61,062 bases of DNA from Bacillota bacterium (GTDB taxonomy: Bacteria > Bacillota > Clostridia > Lachnospirales > Anaerotignaceae), in contig JAWXUZ010000001.1 in NCBI GenBank assembly GCA_044425835.1, positions 1-61,062 on the forward strand, given 5' to 3'. The translations under genes were made by a program, and so were the position numbers. The notes under the pieces were generated by a model. That model was given only the letters and a program-made list of their open reading frames with translations. It did no database searches and was not told the origin of the DNA. Below are positions 57,044 through 61,062 of this stretch, piece after piece; the stretch's first letter is position 1, and each line of letters opens with the position of its first letter.

Positions 57044-58114
57044 TTAGTACAAATACCGACTCAATATTGTAGACTCATACGACTCCAAATACTGTAAAAA
57101 ATATGCATTGACGATTTTGACACCACTATCATTTAAGTGGGCATCGTCTCTGAAATTTCTATTTTCTAGCAGATCATCCTCGTATGCAATGAGATTGATA
57201 TCGAGATATGGCACATCATGAGACTCTGCAAACGCTGTAATTTCATTGTTGATGAGATGGTAATTCGATATATAATCCATCGATACATTGGCAACGGGTG
57301 CCGTCACAAAAATAAGTTGAATGTTTCTTGCTTTTGCAACAGTAATCATTTTTTCGATGTATTTCTTTGCCCCACTGCCAAACGCCCAATTTCTACCGTC
57401 ATAGCCCTTGAATTGGTTCGTCTCGTCATACTCCGAATCGAGCATGATATAATCACAGTACACGTACCCTTTCGAGCGGTATTCCTCAATGCCCACTCGT
57501 GGTGTCCATGCACTTGCTGTTGCTTTTGTGACACCGTATCGCTCTTCGAGATACTTTTCGTACTCATTGCCCTTGTAGGCGAAATAATCTTTTTGGTAGC
57601 GAATCGGTGTGATATAATACTTTATTTTATCTTCTAGGGAAAAGACTTCTGAAATGTATTCTGTTCTCGTTTTTTCTTCTTTGGCTACATCAAAAAATGA
57701 ATTGATGGTGTCTGCCTCAAACGCTTCGTCCATCAAATCCCAGTATAACTCCACCACCACGACTGGAGGCGATTGCGTTTTGAGCAATTCCTTGAACGTA
57801 TAATACGTAGTGTCATACGGCTGTAGTGGTGTACCAAGTTGGAAGGAAGAAATGCCAAGCTCTGTATCGAAATTGCTCGGATCAAACGTACAGTACGAAT
57901 GTGACGATCCCAGAAAAGCCATATCGAGTGTGAACGGCTCTAGTGCATAAAAATCCTCAAAACGCTGTTTGACATGGGCATTGATTGTATTATGCTCCGT
58001 TGAAGCTTCGTACTTTTTCCCAAAATAGACAGACACGGCAATCATGATAATGAAAAACAACAGCAACCGCATCGCAAATTTAAAACTGGAAATAAATAAA
58101 CTGTCCTCCTGCAT
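57044..58114 (-). CDS. SGNH-like extracytoplasmic acyltransferase/hydrolase (MBOAT partner)
   Basis: TM anchor, FLGSSH, DDAHLN (DxxH); AGGAGG RBS before 58114. Confidence 0.75.
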   Translation of the reverse strand: MQEDSLFISSFKFAMRLLLFFIIMIAVSVYFGKKYEASTEHNTINAHVKQRFEDFYALEPFTLDMAFLGSSHSYCTFDPSNFDTELGISSFQLGTPLQPYDTTYYTFKELLKTQSPPVVVVELYWDLMDEAFEADTINSFFDVAKEEKTRTEYISEVFSLEDKIKYYITPIRYQKDYFAYKGNEYEKYLEERYGVTKATASAWTPRVGIEEYRSKGYVYCDYIMLDSEYDETNQFKGYDGRNWAFGSGAKKYIEKMITVAKARNIQLIFVTAPVANVSMDYISNYHLINNEITAFAESHDVPYLDINLIAYEDDLLENRNFRDDAHLNDSGVKIVNAYFLQYLESYESTILSRYLY

Positions 58115-59612
58115 AGAACGACCCTCCTATCAGAATTAAGGTAGAAATTGCTACGTAAAAAATGAGTCGCCCTCCGTAAAATAAACGTTCAATTTGTGCA
58201 TAGACTTGTTTTTTGCCACAGCAAAATTCAGATAAAAATAAGAATGCCACAGCAATAAATAAGAGTTGCAACTCGTACAAAGAAACACCCAAAGAAGTAA
58301 TGACTTCATAGAGATATTGTTTCGTCATAAACCTTGAAAACCCATCAAACAGATGTGTCATGATGTAAATTCCATCAGAGACGGTATTGGCACGGAATAA
58401 AATCCACGCATACGACACGAAAATCATCGTCACCACCGTACCGACCACCTTGCCCATCAGCGTTTTTTCCAAATACAACGTGCGACGCAAGTCATAGCGA
58501 AAGCGTGCCGACAGTATTTCTATAATCAAATAAATCCCATGCAGACCGCCCCACAATAAGAAAGTCCAGTTCGCACCATGCCACAAACCACTTAGTAAAA
58601 ATGTCGCAAGCAAATTGAAAAAATGACGGTTTTCACTACAGCGATTGCCTCCGAGCGGAATGTAGACGTAATCTGTAAACCACGACGAAAGCGAGATGTG
58701 CCACCGCTTCCAAAATTCACGAATGCTTTTTGAGAAGTAAGGATTTCTGAAATTTTCACGCAACTCAAAACCGAGTACTTTTGCCGAGCCGATGGCAATG
58801 TCTGAATATCCACTAAAGTCGCAGTACAGTTGCACTGTAAAGCATAATGTGGCGACAATCAAATACATACCTGAATATTCTCTTGGATTGTTGTACACCG
58901 TATCGACAACGATTGCCAAGCGGTCAGCAATGACAATTTTTTTGAAAAATCCATACACCATTATTTTCAAGCCGTACAAGACACGTTCTTTGTCAAAGTG
59001 GTGTTCTTTGAAAAATTGAGGCATTAAGTTCTTGCTTCGCTCAATTGGACCTGCCACCAGTTGTGGAAAAAAGGTGATGTACAGTGAAAAAATACCGTAC
59101 TCCGATACTGGTTTTATGACACCACGATAGACATCAACTGTATATGCCACAGCTTGGAACGTATAAAATGAAATTCCCATCGGCAAAATAATGCTGTATT
59201 TCTCTAGCGGATAGCGAATCAGCAAATTATCAGCAAGGAGCGTTGCTCGTTCTGGTTCGTTGCCTGACGCTGTAAAAAATACCGTTGCAATTTCATGATA
59301 AATCGCCATAAACGTCTCATTGATGAGCATCGAATACTTGAAAATAAAGAGCAAACCGAAATTAATGATCAGCGAAATTATGAGTAATTTTTTCTTTTTC
59401 CGCTGTGATTTGCGGTGGTAAATCAGCTGTGCCAAAATGTAATTGGACGCCGTCGATAGTATAATGAGTATGATGAGTGTCGGTTCCCATGCCATATAAA
59501 AAATATAACTACTCACCAAAAGAAGTACCCAACGGTATTTTTGTGGCAATACGAAATACGTTGTGGATACAATCGCAAAAAATACTAAAAATATAAATGA
59601 ATTGAATAACAT
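58080..59612 (-). CDS. MBOAT family O-acyltransferase (AlgI/DltB-like)
   Basis: LPMGISFYTFQ, FFPQLVAGPIER, FW.RWHISLS, GLWHGA.W, FIYFQF. Confidence 0.93.
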   Translation of the reverse strand: MLFNSFIFLVFFAIVSTTYFVLPQKYRWVLLLVSSYIFYMAWEPTLIILIILSTASNYILAQLIYHRKSQRKKKKLLIISLIINFGLLFIFKYSMLINETFMAIYHEIATVFFTASGNEPERATLLADNLLIRYPLEKYSIILPMGISFYTFQAVAYTVDVYRGVIKPVSEYGIFSLYITFFPQLVAGPIERSKNLMPQFFKEHHFDKERVLYGLKIMVYGFFKKIVIADRLAIVVDTVYNNPREYSGMYLIVATLCFTVQLYCDFSGYSDIAIGSAKVLGFELRENFRNPYFSKSIREFWKRWHISLSSWFTDYVYIPLGGNRCSENRHFFNLLATFLLSGLWHGANWTFLLWGGLHGIYLIIEILSARFRYDLRRTLYLEKTLMGKVVGTVVTMIFVSYAWILFRANTVSDGIYIMTHLFDGFSRFMTKQYLYEVITSLGVSLYELQLLFIAVAFLFLSEFCCGKKQVYAQIERLFYGGRLIFYVAISTLILIGGSFYAGGQFIYFQF

Positions 59613-59814
59613 AAATAACCTCTTAATTTATGGTTCTTTAATAAAACACTTCTTATCAGTGTACCATAGATATAGTAGATTGTCGATACTAAGTCGAAAA
59701 TTTGTTCTTTTTTTCTGTAGTCAATTCTAAATATAGTAAGTTGCAATCAAATAAAGAGGGCTGTCACAAGTAAAACTCCTGCAACAACCCTCGCTATGAA
59801 AATATACCTTTGTA

Positions 59815-60360
59815 TTATGGTTCCATCTGTTTCCCTAAAAATCCCGCTGCCGTTTCTGCCAATTTCCCCTCAATTTCTCCCATAGATTGGTCTTTTGATA
59901 AGAAAATGACCGCTCCCATGGCATCACCTTCTGCGATGATTGGCGAAATCAATTGGTGTTCGTAGCCCTCGGTACTGCCATCGTCAAGAATTTCCACAAA
60001 GTGGCTATCATTTTTTTTGGCAATCAATGTGGTGCGTTGGTGAATGCATTTTTCCATGGCTTGGCTGATGGTTTTTTCAAACAAATCACGCTTTGCCCCA
60101 CCTGAAACTGCAATAATTTGATCCTTATCTACAATACATGTGACGTGTCCTATGGATTGCGACAAAGACTCCGCATATTCTTTTGCGAAAGTGCCAAGTT
60201 CACCGATTGGCGAGTATTTTTTTAGTATGATTTCGCCCTCACGGTCTGTGAAAATTTCCAATGGATCTCCCTCTCTGATGCGGAGCGTACGGCGAATTTC
60301 TTTTGGAATCACCACTCGCCCCAAATCGTCGATTCGTCTTACTATTCCTGTTGCTTTCAT
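59815..60360 (-). CDS. spoVT: Stage V sporulation protein T
   Basis: MKATGIVRRIDDLGRVVIPKEIRRTLRIREGDPLEIF plus GAF C-terminal domain, AGFLGKQME. Confidence 0.96.
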   Translation of the reverse strand: MKATGIVRRIDDLGRVVIPKEIRRTLRIREGDPLEIFTDREGEIILKKYSPIGELGTFAKEYAESLSQSIGHVTCIVDKDQIIAVSGGAKRDLFEKTISQAMEKCIHQRTTLIAKKNDSHFVEILDDGSTEGYEHQLISPIIAEGDAMGAVIFLSKDQSMGEIEGKLAETAAGFLGKQMEP

Positions 60361-60450
60361 AAAAAAATCCTCCAATGAGTTAGATATTTGTATCAAAAAA
60401 ATATAGTCAAGTCAGATGTAATTCCTTGACTAAGGTTCTGAACATATTGA

Positions 60451-60479
60451 TAGTATCTCAAAGGAATTTGAATTTATGC
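60451..60479 (-). promoter_or_regulatory. Forespore sigma-F/G-type promoter of spoVT
   Basis: GCATA-17-GATACTA. Confidence 0.55.
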
Positions 60480-60531
60480 AAGAATATAGCAGTTTTACTT
60501 TTTCTAAATATAGGAAATAAAAAAATATATT

Positions 60532-60560
60532 AAAAAAGGTGCCGTCAAAAGACGACACCC
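60532..60560 (-). terminator. Terminator after the small Cys/Gly-rich gene
   Basis: Minus strand GGTGTCGTC-TTTT-GACGGCACC-TTTTTT. Confidence 0.75.
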
Positions 60561-60574
60561 ATTCGGAAAAGAGA

Positions 60575-60805
60575 TTAGCACCCGCAGTTGCCAAGTTGGT
60601 TGCCACAGCCGCTTCCGCCACCGCAACAGAACAAAAGGATCAAAATCCAAATCCAAGATCCGCCACCGTCGCCACAGCCACCGCCACAGCCACCGCCGTT
60701 GTTGTTGCCACACACGCAAAGTAGTAAGAGAATCCAAATGATCCACTCACACCCGTTGTTGCCACCGTCGTTGCACCCGTTTCCAAAACCAAATAATCCA
60801 TTCAT
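60575..60805 (-). CDS. Small Gly/Cys-rich protein with two hydrophobic repeats (probably spore-associated)
   Basis: AAGGAGG RBS, own terminator, two WI(I)WILxLLxxCG units, CATAAGGT mother-cell-type -10 at 60854-60861. Confidence 0.75.
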   Translation of the reverse strand: MNGLFGFGNGCNDGGNNGCEWIIWILLLLCVCGNNNGGGCGGGCGDGGGSWIWILILLFCCGGGSGCGNQLGNCGC

Positions 60806-60955
60806 AAAATTCTACCTCCTTTTAGGTAATTAAGTATATCAGATACATTAACTACCTTATGAGATATTTTGTAAAATATTGCCTGTCTCACTAAAAAAAA
60901 TTAAAAAATATTTTTTCTGTTTTTTCGACAGGTGGGGGTTGTATGTGAAATAGAT

Positions 60956-61062
60956 ATTGAGGTACCAATTAAATATTGCCAAATTGCAGCAGTCTCATTA
61001 ACGGGCGACCACAGGGCGCCCCTACAAAAATCCCGAAATATCAATATGTAGGGGCGACCTGT
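60956..61062. repeat. REP A doublet truncated by the window edge
   Basis: CGGGCGACCACAGGGCGCCCCTAC ... GTAGGGGCGACCTGT. Confidence 0.85.

Noticed and set aside
60588-60833. Pro/Gln-rich plus-strand ORF
   Set aside because: Antisense shadow of the Gly/Cys-rich gene, which has the RBS and terminator.
1-61062. rRNA, tRNA, known riboswitches, autonomous transposases, defence operons
   Set aside because: None recognised by eye; covariance-model and HMM searches would be needed to exclude divergent ones.

Overview
A 61-kb low-GC chromosomal segment of an endospore-forming Clostridia bacterium (Lachnospirales-like; inferred from gene content and order). It is mostly housekeeping: thrC, recU, glgB, rpsU-yqeY, pgi, dnaD/dnaC-like, sua5-rpiB-upp-tagO, murG, tagA, the mreBCD-pbp-minCDE-rodA-mgsA cell-shape cluster, nadE, lexA and spoVT. 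There are small accessory blocks (DUF4160/DUF2442 pair, ArsR-permease-thioredoxin block, DUF819-dipeptidase, flavin oxidoreductase). I found no rRNA, tRNA, CRISPR array, transposase or prophage. The most unusual signal is intergenic. (1) A dispersed ~60-bp repeat whose variants co-vary at three positions at once (GGGG/CCCC/CCCC, GAGA/TCTC/CTCT, GGGA/TCCC/CCCT, GGA/TCC/CCT), the pattern expected of an intramolecular triple helix. (2) A GTAG-type REP doublet family that often co-clusters with it. (3) Three different MITE-like elements. (4) Two heptamer tandem arrays. Also notable: an antitoxin-less mazF/ndoA whose leader has a perfect anti-Shine-Dalgarno and a short upstream ORF, a candidate three-way-junction leader RNA before the SEC-C/sua5 genes, and apparent catalytic-motif loss in MgsA and ThpR. 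All family calls are from motif recognition by eye, with no database search. Several starts were moved to the downstream ATG with the better RBS.
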